Origin: a bacterium
Lineage (GTDB): Bacteria; Lernaellota; Lernaellaia; JACKCT01
Direction of reading: 5' to 3'
NCBI GenBank assembly: GCA_019912885.1
Contig: JAIOHV010000140.1
Coordinates: 23,706-87,705, forward strand
DNA: 64,000 bases
Positions within the stretch are counted from its first letter, which is position 1. Every line of letters begins with the position of its first letter. Below the pieces are notes generated by a model. The model was not told where the DNA came from. It saw only the letters and a list, made by a program, of their open reading frames with translations, and made no database searches. Below are positions 50,752 through 61,236 of this stretch, in pieces. The position numbers and the translations under genes were made by a program.

Positions 50752-52896
50752 ATGTCATATCGCGTGCATGTGTTCCGGGGATACCTGTTCCTGGTGCTGG
50801 CGGTGGGGTGCGTCGTGGCGGCGCTTGCCGGGTGCGACACCGGCGGCACGCCGATCGCCGTCGCGGACGACAATGATGACGTGGCGGATGACGATGACGA
50901 TTCCGCGAGTGCGGACGATGATGAGATGGACGATGACGATGCCATCAGCGAGTTCGGTGACGATGCGGCGGGTGATCGCGACGCGGAGTTCGCGACCCGC
51001 TGGATCGACGCGACCGGGTTCACTTTCGACGACGGCCCCGTCCATGGCGAGTTGATCGAGGGCGGCGCGCTGGGCGGCGAGGGTTTCGACGTGGCACGGT
51101 TTACCGACGGACAATTCGTGGTCATTGCGACGATGGGTTCGTTTCTATTGGAACTTCGCGAAACACCAGACGGCGATTGGACATGGTCGGAAATCATTCG
51201 CGCTTGGGGCCGATACGTTCTTGATGTTTCCGTAGCGACCGATTCGCAAGATCATATCCATATCGCGTATTGCGACTCGAATTTTGATATCCGCTACGCG
51301 ACAAATGCCGGCGGCGATTGGGCGGACGAGACCGTCCTCATCGTGGCTTTGGATTCATTCGTGTGCCCGAGAACGGCGATCACGATCGACTCGAAAAGTC
51401 ACGCGCGTGTTCTGGTCGGGGCCTATCACGGGCCGATCTATCTGGAGCAAACGGACGCGGGGTGGACCGCGGCAGAGTTCGACCCGCGATTTGATCTCGG
51501 GTACACGGTCGCGATTGCCGTTGACGCCGAGGATCACGTTCACGTCGCATACGACGGAGATTCTTATCCGCCGCAATACGCGAACAACGCCGGAGGGATC
51601 TGGCAATTTCAGGACATCGACGATGCAGGCTATCTTGGCGGCGCGATGGCGCTTGATGCGGCAGGCGTCGTGCATGTGACGTACACGCGGAGTGACGGCG
51701 TTCGATATTACGCCAACAATACGAACGGCGCTTTTCAGCGGGAGGTCGTCGACAACACCTCGCGCTCCGGTTGCGCGATCACGTTTGACCCGCGCGGTGA
51801 CGTTGCCATCGCTTATGTGGGCGACTCGAACTTGCGGTACGCGCGGCGGACGGGCCCGGCGTGGGAAATCGAAGTGCTACCAGGTACGACGGCGGCTAGC
51901 AGCGGCGAATTTCGCCTTGCATTCGACGGCGACGGCGCACCGATCGTATTTCACGATCCAAATGGCGAACAGCTCGATAAGATTGCTCGCGACGAATCCG
52001 AATGGATATCAACGACGCTACCGTTTGCGGGTGCGATCTATCTCGAATCCGGTTCGATCGCGATTGATGAGGCGGGCACGGCGCGGCTTGTTTACGAGTT
52101 GGACGGGAAAATCGGTATTGCCGCCTCAAGTGATAGCGGCTTAAAAAAACGGGCCATGAATGTCGGGAGTTGCCGGAGCGGATTCGATGCCGCGAGTTCA
52201 TCCGACGGGTCGCTCTCGGTCATTTGCTCCGACATAAACAAGCTCGTCGCCTGGGAGATTCGCGATGACATGGCGATGCGGACGACGCTCGCGACTGGCG
52301 AAAAGCATTACAGCCCGTCGATTGATCGTGACGATGCGGGCCACAGCCATGTCTGTGGTTTCGACCCGGATACTCGCGAGCTAAAGTATTGGACAAATTC
52401 GAGTGGTGAATGGACGTCCGAGGCGTTGCCGCCAGGTAAGATGTATGAGCACTCCGCACCATGCATCGTTCTACGCGCGAAAAGTGGTGTTGTGAACATC
52501 CTGTATCGAACCGAGGAGAAAGTAACGCACGTCTTTGGCGAAAGGGGTTCATGGTTGACGCAAGCGCTCAGCGAAATTCCAGACGCGGGCGATTCGTATA
52601 ACGGCACAGGTTTCCGGTGGCTCGGACTTGCGCCGACACGCGACGGCGTGACGTACGCGACGGTCACCCGTGTAGATTGGCGGACGACGCCACACCAACT
52701 TACGCGCGTTTACTATCAAACGTATTTTTTCGAGCGCGAAAACAATGCGTGGCGGCGGAAAAACACATGGTTTGATGTCCCTGGAGTCCGACTCGGCTCA
52801 GACTCATTTTCGACACTTGTTGGCGGTTTCGATTTTGTGAATCGAGTAAAATCAAGGATTTACGCGCCGAATTTTGGAAAATCGTCGAAAATGTAG
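50752..52896 (+). CDS. Lipoprotein with Asp-rich tether and repeated beta-propeller-like units
   Basis: LAGC lipobox, Asp-rich ~50 aa. Recurring ~45-aa unit [H(I/V)H(I/V)AY ... (I/L)RYA(T/N)N.GG.W]: HIHIAYCDSNFDIRYATNAGGDW, HVHVAYDG..PQYANNAGGIW, VVHVTYTRSDGVRYYANNTNGAF, DVAIAYVGDSNLRYARRTGPAW. Confidence 0.65.
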   Translation: MSYRVHVFRGYLFLVLAVGCVVAALAGCDTGGTPIAVADDNDDVADDDDDSASADDDEMDDDDAISEFGDDAAGDRDAEFATRWIDATGFTFDDGPVHGELIEGGALGGEGFDVARFTDGQFVVIATMGSFLLELRETPDGDWTWSEIIRAWGRYVLDVSVATDSQDHIHIAYCDSNFDIRYATNAGGDWADETVLIVALDSFVCPRTAITIDSKSHARVLVGAYHGPIYLEQTDAGWTAAEFDPRFDLGYTVAIAVDAEDHVHVAYDGDSYPPQYANNAGGIWQFQDIDDAGYLGGAMALDAAGVVHVTYTRSDGVRYYANNTNGAFQREVVDNTSRSGCAITFDPRGDVAIAYVGDSNLRYARRTGPAWEIEVLPGTTAASSGEFRLAFDGDGAPIVFHDPNGEQLDKIARDESEWISTTLPFAGAIYLESGSIAIDEAGTARLVYELDGKIGIAASSDSGLKKRAMNVGSCRSGFDAASSSDGSLSVICSDINKLVAWEIRDDMAMRTTLATGEKHYSPSIDRDDAGHSHVCGFDPDTRELKYWTNSSGEWTSEALPPGKMYEHSAPCIVLRAKSGVVNILYRTEEKVTHVFGERGSWLTQALSEIPDAGDSYNGTGFRWLGLAPTRDGVTYATVTRVDWRTTPHQLTRVYYQTYFFERENNAWRRKNTWFDVPGVRLGSDSFSTLVGGFDFVNRVKSRIYAPNFGKSSKM

Positions 52897-52965
52897 TGGT
52901 AAAAAAGCGCGTCTGCATGTGGATTAGCTGTTGACAGCAGCGTCGTTGGCATTGAATGTGACCGC

Positions 52966-54150
52966 ATGTTTGTACGGCTGCGGCGTAGTGTGCAGGGCGG
53001 GAAGACCTACGAGTACCTGCAAATTTGCGAATCCTACCGGGAAGGCGCGAAGGTCAAACAACGGCTGATCGCGAATCTCGGGCGCATCGAGCATTTGCGG
53101 GCGTCGGGCCAGCTCGACGGCGTGCTGACAAGCCTCGCGAAATTCAGCGATCGCGTGCGCGTGATCGAGGCCCACCGCACGCAGGGGATGGTGGCGCGGT
53201 CGGCGAAATCCTGGGGTCCGGCGCTGGTTTTCGGCCGTTTGTGGGAGCGGCAGGGTTTGCCGCACGTGCTGGGGCGTCTGGCCGCTGGCCGGAAGTTCGC
53301 GTTCGACCCGGAGCGCGTGGCGTTTGCGCTGGCCTTGCAGCGGCTGTGCGAACCGGGCAGCGATCTTCAAGGCTCGGAGTGGTTGAAAGACGTCGAGGGT
53401 CTGCCCGAGATCGGCCTGCACCAGATGTACCGCACGGTCGGCTGGCTTGCCGAGGTCCGCGAGGAATTGGAGCGCATGCTCTTTTTTCGCGACCGCGACC
53501 TGTTTCATCAGGAGATTGACCTGGTCTTCCTGGACACGACGAGCACGTACGTCTATCGCGACCAGGAGACGGCGTTTTGCAAACGCGGTTACTCCCGCGA
53601 CAAACGGCCGGACCTGCCGCAGATGGTGCTGTGCGTCGCGGTGGATCGATCCGGCTGGCCGATCGCGTGGGAGGTCTTTCCCGGCAACACCGCGGACAAG
53701 GACGCCTTCACGCACGTGGTCACGCGCCTGCGCGAGCGCTTTCAGATCCGGCGCGTCGTCGTCGTCGCGGATCGCGGGATGATCTCGAAGGACTCGATCG
53801 AGCTGCTCACGGGGGATAAAGAGGCGCCGTTCGATTTCATCCTCGGCTGCCGGATGCGCCGGGACCTCGACGTGACGGACCTTCTGCACATGACGCGCGA
53901 GTTCGACGAGATCGCGCCCGGCCTCGGCGTGGCGGAGCGGACCCTCGAAGGCAAGCGCTACGTCGTCTGTTACAACGAGGTCGAGGCGAAAAAGGACGCC
54001 GCCGCGCGCGAGGCGATGGTCCAGTCGCTCATGGAAAAACTCGAAGCCGGCGAGTCGAAGAGCCTCGTCGGAAACACCGGGTATCGCCGATTCCTGAAAG
54101 GCGAGAAGTGGCAAAAAAGGGGACAGTCACCTATTACTACTGTGTCATAA
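52966..54150 (+). mobile_element. IS1634-family (IS4 superfamily) transposase gene, 3'-truncated
   Basis: MFVRLRRSVQGGKTYEYLQICESYREGAKVKQRLIANLGR is a typical IS1634 N-terminus. The DDE region contains VFLDTTS and VVVADRGM. The C-terminal third is missing and the ORF ends in unrelated residues. Confidence 0.75.
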
Positions 54151-54209
54151 ACGTTTCGTGCCCACAGCAGGGGCAGTGCCCGAGATTTTTGGTGAGGTAT
54201 CGTGCGCAT

Positions 54210-54695
54210 TCAAGTCGTTTCGTGGCGATGGACGCGGGGCTGTGTCGTTCGGGACGAACCGGGGGCGCCTCTTGGCCGAAAACCTTTGGGTAGGCGAGCG
54301 GCTTTGAGGAAGGCCAGAGGCTCTGGGGGGGAAAGCCTCGCCCGCTCCGCGACGAGGAAGGCATACGCCGCGACGCAAAGGGCACCGTGATGGTGGAACC
54401 CCCTCCATCCGCGGCCTTCGTAGTGCCCGAGCCCGAGTTCCTGTTTCATTTCTTCGTAATCCCGCTCGATCCGCCAGCGCAGTTTCACCAGGCGCACCAG
54501 ATCGTCGAGGGGGACCATCCCCGGGGCCGAGGACAGGGTGTATTTCGTCGGTTCCTTCTCGTTTTTGGGCCATTCGACGAGCAGCCATTCGCGCTCGCGA
54601 AGCTCGGACTTTTTATAGTCCCGATGCGCCGCGCGCACCCGGAGGGCCGCAAAGCGCGAGACCAACGCGCCTTTCGTTCCCTCGCGCCAACACAC
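54210..54695 (-). pseudogene. IS701-family transposase, C-terminal fragment only
   Basis: LVKLRWRIERDYEEMKQELGLGHYEGRGWRGFHHHGALCVAAYAFL is the conserved IS701 C-terminal block. The N-terminal ~half is absent. Confidence 0.7.
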
Positions 54696-54768
54696 GTCCC
54701 GCCACGCGCATTCCGTGGTAGATGATTTTCACGCGAAATGGGGTTGGAGGGACGAAACGCCGTAAATC

Positions 54769-55041
54769 ATGAAGCCGAAAAAGGCGCGTGTTTCGCTTCC
54801 GCTTTTCCAGACGGATCTGATTCGCTCCATCGACAAGAAGCACTCCCTTTACGACTTGGCGCACAACTTGGGATTGCCCGCGTTCGAACCGGCTTTTGGC
54901 GACTGCTACGCGACGGAAGATAACGACATTCGTGCCGGCCGGGCTCGGCGACCCCGGGCGCGCAACGCAATGAAACAAATCGATGCAACATCAGCGAAAC
55001 AACGCGAAACATTACGCCGCAACGATCCCGCCAGACATTAA
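54769..55041 (+). pseudogene. IS5/IS1182-type transposase N-terminal (InsH_N-like) fragment (tentative)
   Basis: LPLFQTDLIRSIDKKHSLYDLAHNLGLPAFEPAFGDCYATEDN resembles the lidpnHpL..LA..idW..fE..fg..Y block. No DDE domain follows. Confidence 0.4.
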
Positions 55042-55160
55042 CAATCATCAAATAAAACAATAACTTCCGGTGCGGAACGCCGCTTGGCACGGATCGTGGT
55101 CTATCCACCCTCGTGATGCTGCAGTTCCAGGAAGTCCCCCAATCGAGACGAGGTGCGTGG

Positions 55161-56525
55161 ATGCGTTTGGCGTGGATGACGACTTTCGTACTTTTGCTGG
55201 CTGCGGCAAGCCCGCCGGCTTTCGCGACCGAGACTCTGACACTCGAGCGCGCGATCGACCTGGCGCTCGCGGGCAATCGGGAGATTCAGGCCGCGCAATA
55301 CGACCGCAACGCGGCCGGTTTCGGAGTCGGCGAGGCGGTCAGCTATTACCTGCCGCACGTTTCGGTGCAGGCGATCCACATGCAAACAAACAACCCCGTG
55401 ATGGCCTTCGGTACGTCGCTGAACCAGGGGACGTTCTCGCTGATGGAATTCCAGACGACCGATCCGAACGAGCCCGACGTCACCGACGACTACATCACAC
55501 GCATCGAAGGGACGCAGGCGATCTTCGGCGGCGGGAAGATCCTGACCGGCATCCACCAGGCCCGCCGCATGGTTCAGGCGGCCGGACACGCGCGCGACTG
55601 GCAGAAGGTCGATGTGCGTTTCCGCGTCACCGAGGCGTATTACAACGCCCTGCGCGCGCGGCGCTTCGTGGCGCTGACCGAGCAGGTGATCGCCACGATG
55701 GACCGCCACGTGAAGACGGCGGGCGACTATTACGACCAGGGCCTTGCGCTCGAATCCGACAAGTTGCAGGCCCAGGTGTATCGCGGCGAGGCGAAGCTCG
55801 CGAACGTCGAGGCGTCAAACCATTATCGCCTGGCGATCGAGAACCTGAACTTCCTGCTTGGCGCCGAACGCGGCAAGGCGTGGGATCTCGCGGAACCGCC
55901 GGATTTCGAATGCGGGGCCGGAGAACCGGATGCGCTCGTTGACGAGGCGCTCGCCAGGCGCGCCGACCTTGCCGCGATGATGCGCAAGGTCGATGTCGCG
56001 CGCGCCGGGCAGGCGATGGCCGCGACGGGCTTTGTCCCCACCGTGGGGCTGAAGGCCGAATACAATTTTCATGACGACGAGGAATGGCTCGGCGATCAGG
56101 CGGAAGACTGGTCGGTTTTCCTTGTGGCCAACTGGGAAATCTTCGACGGCGGGCGCGATGTCGCGAAGGTCGGCAAGGCCGTCAACGAGGCGCGCGCCGC
56201 CAAAACGCGCCTTGCGCACATGCGCGAGGGCGTCGCGCTGCAGGTGATGGAAAAGCGGCTGAACCTTTCGGCCGCGGAGCAGAAATTCGCCGTCGCGTCC
56301 GCGTCGGTGACGCAGGCCGAACGCGCGCTCGAAATCCAGACCAACCGCTTTGAAAGCGGCCTGCTCAAGATCGGCGATCTGCTCGACGCGCAGACAAACG
56401 ACACCAAGGCGAAAACCAACGAACTCAACGCCACCTACGACCTGATTCTCGCGCGGCTCGCGCTTCGCCACGCCGTTGGCGATCAGCAGTGCGGCCCGGA
56501 CGCCGAAACGACGGAAGGGAACTGA
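55161..56525 (+). CDS. TolC-family outer-membrane efflux protein
   Basis: Signal peptide, LTLERAIDLALAGNREIQAA, duplicated coiled-coil/beta architecture. First gene of the efflux operon. Confidence 0.85.
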   Translation: MRLAWMTTFVLLLAAASPPAFATETLTLERAIDLALAGNREIQAAQYDRNAAGFGVGEAVSYYLPHVSVQAIHMQTNNPVMAFGTSLNQGTFSLMEFQTTDPNEPDVTDDYITRIEGTQAIFGGGKILTGIHQARRMVQAAGHARDWQKVDVRFRVTEAYYNALRARRFVALTEQVIATMDRHVKTAGDYYDQGLALESDKLQAQVYRGEAKLANVEASNHYRLAIENLNFLLGAERGKAWDLAEPPDFECGAGEPDALVDEALARRADLAAMMRKVDVARAGQAMAATGFVPTVGLKAEYNFHDDEEWLGDQAEDWSVFLVANWEIFDGGRDVAKVGKAVNEARAAKTRLAHMREGVALQVMEKRLNLSAAEQKFAVASASVTQAERALEIQTNRFESGLLKIGDLLDAQTNDTKAKTNELNATYDLILARLALRHAVGDQQCGPDAETTEGN

Positions 56526-56526
56526 T

Positions 56527-57618
56527 ATGAAAACCAAAAAGAGCACGATCCTTGTCGCGTTCGCGGCGTTTGCGGCGATCGCCGCCGCGGGCTGCGGGCC
56601 CGGCGCGACCACGACGCCCTACGTCGAGCCGCCCGTCGCCGAGGTGCGTGTCGAAACACCCGGCGGCGCCGAATCCGGCGCGTTTTTCCAGACCGTCGGC
56701 CGCGTGAAGAACGTGCGCGAATCGACCCTCGCCTCGAAGGTCATGGGCACGGTGCGCGACATCAAGGTGAAGGCGGGCAGCAAGGTGCGTCGCGGGCAGA
56801 CGCTCATGCGCATCGACGACGCGGATATCGCCGGCAAGGCGCAGCAGGCTGCCGGCGCGCTCGCGCAAGCCAGGGCGGCGCTCGCGATTACGGAGGCCAA
56901 TCACAAGCGCTTCGTGACGCTGTTCGAATCCGGATCGGCGTCCAAGGCGGAGCTCGACAAGGCGACGTTCGATTACGACGCGGCAAGGGGCGCGCTGGAG
57001 CAGGCACAGGGCGCCGTCGCCGAGGCCGCAAGCTACCTCGCCGAGGCCCGCGTCGCCGCGCCGTTTGATGGCGTTGTCGTCGACACGATGATCGAGGAGG
57101 GCGAGATGGTCGCGCCCGGCCGGCCGCTCGTGCGCATCGAGGGCCAATCCGCGCTGGAGTTCGAGACGACGGTCAACGAACGCGACGTTGCGTTCATCGA
57201 GATCGGGCAAAAGGCGCCGGTCCTGCTCGACGCCGTGTCCGGCGAAAAATCGCAAATCGACGGCGAGATCAGCGAGATCGTGCCGGCCTCCGACGGAACG
57301 CACAGCCAGGTCGTTCGCATCGCGCTTGTTGACGGTGCGGAGGTTCGGTCCGGCCTGTTCGGGCGCGTGCGTTTCGCGAAGCCGGACGGCGCGGCGAGCG
57401 CGCGGCTTGCGCCGTCGGACCGCGTCGTGCGTCGCGGGCAACTGGCGGGGGTGTGGGTCGTGGATCACGGCGATCGCGTGCGTCTGCGCCTCGTGCGCGA
57501 GGGGCGTGCGTCCGGCGACAGGACGGAGATCTTCGCGGGCGTCCTCGCGAAGGACCGCATCGTGACCTCCGACATCTCCGAACTCATCGACGGCCAGCCG
57601 GCGAAGGTGGTGAACTGA
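56527..57618 (+). CDS. Efflux RND periplasmic adaptor (MFP/HlyD family) lipoprotein
   Basis: Lipobox AAAGC. Biotinyl-lipoyl-like V..V.VK.GSKVRRGQTLMRID, hairpin helices, APFDGVV. Confidence 0.85.
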   Translation: MKTKKSTILVAFAAFAAIAAAGCGPGATTTPYVEPPVAEVRVETPGGAESGAFFQTVGRVKNVRESTLASKVMGTVRDIKVKAGSKVRRGQTLMRIDDADIAGKAQQAAGALAQARAALAITEANHKRFVTLFESGSASKAELDKATFDYDAARGALEQAQGAVAEAASYLAEARVAAPFDGVVVDTMIEEGEMVAPGRPLVRIEGQSALEFETTVNERDVAFIEIGQKAPVLLDAVSGEKSQIDGEISEIVPASDGTHSQVVRIALVDGAEVRSGLFGRVRFAKPDGAASARLAPSDRVVRRGQLAGVWVVDHGDRVRLRLVREGRASGDRTEIFAGVLAKDRIVTSDISELIDGQPAKVVN

Positions 57619-60600
57619 TGGACGCGAAGGAACGCGAGGTTCTGCGGCGGCACTTCGAACGAAAAAAGCTCGGCGTCTCCGGGCGGATCGCCGCCGCGTT
57701 TCAGGCGAACAAGCTGACGCCGCTTCTGGTGCTGTTCGCGTTTTTCCTCGGCGCGCTCGCGCTCGCGATCACGCCGCGCGAGGAAGAGCCTCAGATCATC
57801 GTTCCGATGATCGACATCTTCGTGCCGTCGGCGGGGCTCTCGCCCGAGGAGATCGAGACGCTCGTCACCGACCCGATGGAGAAGCTGCTCTGGGAGATCA
57901 CGGGCGTCGAGCATCTCTACTCGGTGTCGCGCCCGGGTCTTTCGATGGTGATCGCCCGCTTCAAGGTCGGCGAGAACGAAGAAGACAGTCTGGTGAAGGT
58001 CTACAACAAGCTGCACGGCAACGCGGACCGGATTCCGCACGGCGTGGGGCAGCCGCTCATCAAGCTGCGCACGATCGACGACGTTCCGGTCATGGCGGTG
58101 ACGCTGCACTCGAAACTCTACGATCATTACATGCTGCGCCAGGTCGCGGGGGAATTGGCGACCGAGCTCAAGAAGGCGCCCGACGTCGCGGACGTGACGT
58201 TCATCGGCGGGCAGCGCCGGCAGGTGCGCGTCGCGATCGATCCCGCGCGCCTCGCGGGGTTCATGGTCTCGCCGTTGCAAGTGTTCGGCGCGCTTTCGCG
58301 CGATAACGCGAATCTTCCGGCGGGCGCGTTTGCCAAGGGCGGCAAGAATTATCTCGTGGAGGTCGGCGACTTTTTCCGCGACGCGCGGGACGTCGGCAAT
58401 ACGGTCGTCGCGGTTTACGGCGGCCGGCCCGTGTATCTGGCCGACGTTGCGGAAGTGATCGACGGACCCGAGGAGATCGCGAATTACGTCTTTCACCGCG
58501 CGGGCGCGACGCACGCCGCCGCAAAGGACGCGGGCGATTCCGACTGGCCGTTCGCCGATGAGGCGGCGGTGACGATCGCCGTCGCCAAGCGGCGCGGCGC
58601 GAACGCGACCGATTTGACGACCGCGCTTTGGAAGCGCGTGCAGGACCTGAAAGGCGATGTGATCGTGTCGGGCATCGACGCGACGCTCACGCGCGACTAC
58701 GGCTTCACCGCGAAGGAAAAATCAGACGAGTTGATCTTCCACATGGTGCTTGCCACGGTGGCGGTCATCATTTTGATGGGCGTGTTTCTCGGCGTGAAGG
58801 AGGCGGCGGTCGTCGCGGTCGCCGTTCCGATGACGCTCTCACTTACGCTCTTCACGAGCTATTTTTTCGGCTACACGCTCAACCGCGTTACGCTGTTCGC
58901 GCTCATCTTCGCGATCGGGATTCTGGTGGATGACGCGATCGTCGTGGTCGAGAACATTCACCGCCACGCGCGCATGAAGTGGGCGCCGCAATCGGTGATG
59001 ACGCCATACGCTGTGGACGAGGTCGGCAACCCGACGATCCTCGCGACGTTCACCGTCATCTTCGCGCTCATGCCGATGGCTTTCGTCTCCGGAATGATGG
59101 GCCCGTACATGAGCCCCATTCCCATCAGCGCGTCGGCGGCGATGTTCTTCTCGCTTGTCGTCGCGTTCGTGGTGACGCCGTGGATGGCCGGCGGGCTGAT
59201 GACGCTTTCGGAGCGCGTGCGCGCAAGGCTCGGCAAGGGCGAGGCGGCGCACGACGCCGAACACGGCGCGGGCCGCATCGACGCGGTATATCGCCGGCTC
59301 ATGGAGCCGCTGGTCGAGAACGCGAAGCTGCGCAACCTCGCGCTGGCGTCGGTCGTCGTTCTGCTGTTCGCGTCGATGTCGCTTTTTTACGTGCGCGCGG
59401 CGAAGGTGAAGATGCTGCCGCACGACAACAAGTCGGAGTTCCAGGTCGTCATCGACGCCGACGAGGGCACGACGCTCGAGGAAACGACCGCACTCGCGCG
59501 CGAGATCGCCGACGCGCTCGCGAAGGACCCGATGGTCGCCGACCTGCAGATCTACGCGGGCACGAGCGGGCCGATCAACTTCAACGGCCTGGTTCGCCAC
59601 TACTTCCTGCGCCAGGGACCGACCGTCGCCGATGTGCAGGTGAATCTTTTGCCCAAGCACGACCGCGCCGAGAAGTCGCACGACATCGCGCGCCGCCTGC
59701 GGCCGACGATCGACGCCATCGCGGCGAACCACGACGCAACGGTGATCGTCGCCGAGGTTCCGCCCGGCCCGCCGGTGTGGGCGACAATGATGGCCGAGGT
59801 ATACGGTCCGAATATCGAGGGCCAGCGCAAGTTCGCCGCGGACATCGAGCGCGTCTTTACCGAGGCGCCGGGCATCACGGATGTCGATCGGTGGGTGGAG
59901 CGCGAGCAGGCGAAGTTCGCCTTCACGGTGGACAAGGCCAAGGCGGCGCTTTCGGGCATCACGACCGAGCAGGTCACGAATACTGTGGGCCTCGCGCTGT
60001 ACGGCAAATCCGCCGGTCTTTTGCACACCGGCCGCGACCGCGAGCCGGTGGAGTTGATGGTGCACGTGCCCGAGCCGTTGCGCTCGTCGGTCGAGGACAT
60101 CGAAAGCATCAAGGTCCACGCCGGCGACGGGCGACTTGTCGCCGTGCAGTCGGTGACCGAGCGCGACACGCGCGGGCAGGAGCCGTTCATCTATCGCAAG
60201 GACCTGCGTCGCGTGGTGTACGTGACCGGCGAGGTCGTGGGCGAAGACGAAAGCCCCGTCTACGGCATCCTCGACACGAAGGACACCATCGCGAATCTCG
60301 TCGCGCCGGACGGCGCCAAGGCCGCGCAACTGTTCTCGGGAATGCCCGAGGACGAGAGCACGTATTCGGTCAAGTGGGATGGTGAGTGGCAGATCACGCA
60401 CGACGTATTCCGCGACATGGGCATCGCCTTTGGCGTGGTGATGATTCTCATCTACATCCTGGTTGTCGCGTGGTTTCGCAGCTTTGCGACACCGTTCATC
60501 ATCATGACCCCGATCCCGCTGACGCTGATCGGCATCATCCCCGGGCATTGGCTCACGGGCACGTATTTCACCGCCACGTCGATGATCGGTTTCATCGCGC

Positions 60601-60932
60601 TCGCGGGTATCGTCGTGCGCAATTCGATCCTGCTCGTCGATTTCATCGAACAGGAACTCGACGCGGGCGCGGAATTGAAGGAAGCCGTGTTGCAGGCGGG
60701 CGCGGTGCGTTTCCGGCCCATTGTCCTGACGGCGGCGGCGCTTGTCATCGGCGGCGCGGTCATCATGCTCGACCCGATCTTCTCCGGGCTCGCGGTCAGC
60801 CTGATTTTCGGCGTCACGATTTCCACCGCGCTCACGCTCGTCGTGATTCCGCTTTCCTACTACATGTTCCGCAGGCACGAGATCCGCGTTCACGGCGACG
60901 TGCTGCACCACCATCAGGAGGACGCGGCATGA
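57618..60932 (+). CDS. RND efflux transporter permease (AcrB/CzcA superfamily)
   Basis: ~1100 aa, 12-TM architecture with two large periplasmic loops. GILVDDAIVVVENI and GIVVRNSILLVDF signature blocks. ATGA-type overlap with the MFP stop. Confidence 0.9.
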   Translation: MDAKEREVLRRHFERKKLGVSGRIAAAFQANKLTPLLVLFAFFLGALALAITPREEEPQIIVPMIDIFVPSAGLSPEEIETLVTDPMEKLLWEITGVEHLYSVSRPGLSMVIARFKVGENEEDSLVKVYNKLHGNADRIPHGVGQPLIKLRTIDDVPVMAVTLHSKLYDHYMLRQVAGELATELKKAPDVADVTFIGGQRRQVRVAIDPARLAGFMVSPLQVFGALSRDNANLPAGAFAKGGKNYLVEVGDFFRDARDVGNTVVAVYGGRPVYLADVAEVIDGPEEIANYVFHRAGATHAAAKDAGDSDWPFADEAAVTIAVAKRRGANATDLTTALWKRVQDLKGDVIVSGIDATLTRDYGFTAKEKSDELIFHMVLATVAVIILMGVFLGVKEAAVVAVAVPMTLSLTLFTSYFFGYTLNRVTLFALIFAIGILVDDAIVVVENIHRHARMKWAPQSVMTPYAVDEVGNPTILATFTVIFALMPMAFVSGMMGPYMSPIPISASAAMFFSLVVAFVVTPWMAGGLMTLSERVRARLGKGEAAHDAEHGAGRIDAVYRRLMEPLVENAKLRNLALASVVVLLFASMSLFYVRAAKVKMLPHDNKSEFQVVIDADEGTTLEETTALAREIADALAKDPMVADLQIYAGTSGPINFNGLVRHYFLRQGPTVADVQVNLLPKHDRAEKSHDIARRLRPTIDAIAANHDATVIVAEVPPGPPVWATMMAEVYGPNIEGQRKFAADIERVFTEAPGITDVDRWVEREQAKFAFTVDKAKAALSGITTEQVTNTVGLALYGKSAGLLHTGRDREPVELMVHVPEPLRSSVEDIESIKVHAGDGRLVAVQSVTERDTRGQEPFIYRKDLRRVVYVTGEVVGEDESPVYGILDTKDTIANLVAPDGAKAAQLFSGMPEDESTYSVKWDGEWQITHDVFRDMGIAFGVVMILIYILVVAWFRSFATPFIIMTPIPLTLIGIIPGHWLTGTYFTATSMIGFIALAGIVVRNSILLVDFIEQELDAGAELKEAVLQAGAVRFRPIVLTAAALVIGGAVIMLDPIFSGLAVSLIFGVTISTALTLVVIPLSYYMFRRHEIRVHGDVLHHHQEDAA

Positions 60933-61222
60933 AGATGCTGATGATCATCGTCGACGACAAATTCCGCGACACGGTCGAGGTCCTGCTCGAGGAGCACGCG
61001 GTCGTCGGTTTCACGGAGATTCCGACCGCGTTTGGCGAGGGGATGCACGGCAAGAAATTCGCCTCGCGCCTTCATCCGGGCGCGAACTCCATCGTCTTTT
61101 CCATCGTCACGGACACGCACGCCGAATCCATCAAGGAGGCGCTCGTCGGCGCCTGCCGCCGGGATCCCGCGTGCGAGAAACCCATCCACATCGCCACGAT
61201 GAACGTGGAAGAATTCATCTGA
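60929..61222 (+). CDS. PII-like small protein associated with the RND pump
   Basis: 97 aa with a beta-alpha-beta-beta-alpha-beta pattern (MLMIIVDDKFRDTVEVLLEEHAVVGFTEIP...GANSIVFSIV). 4-nt overlap with the RND stop. Confidence 0.5.
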   Translation: MKMLMIIVDDKFRDTVEVLLEEHAVVGFTEIPTAFGEGMHGKKFASRLHPGANSIVFSIVTDTHAESIKEALVGACRRDPACEKPIHIATMNVEEFI

Positions 61223-61236
61223 GGAAAGGAAAGTTT

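Noticed and set aside
58839-60914. 691-aa minus-strand ORF (and the 468-aa + strand alternative-frame ORF 58979..60385) within the RND gene
   Set aside because: The RND transporter frame (57618..60932) has the 12-TM architecture and signature blocks. The overlapping ORFs are Arg-rich nonsense typical of GC-rich off-frames.
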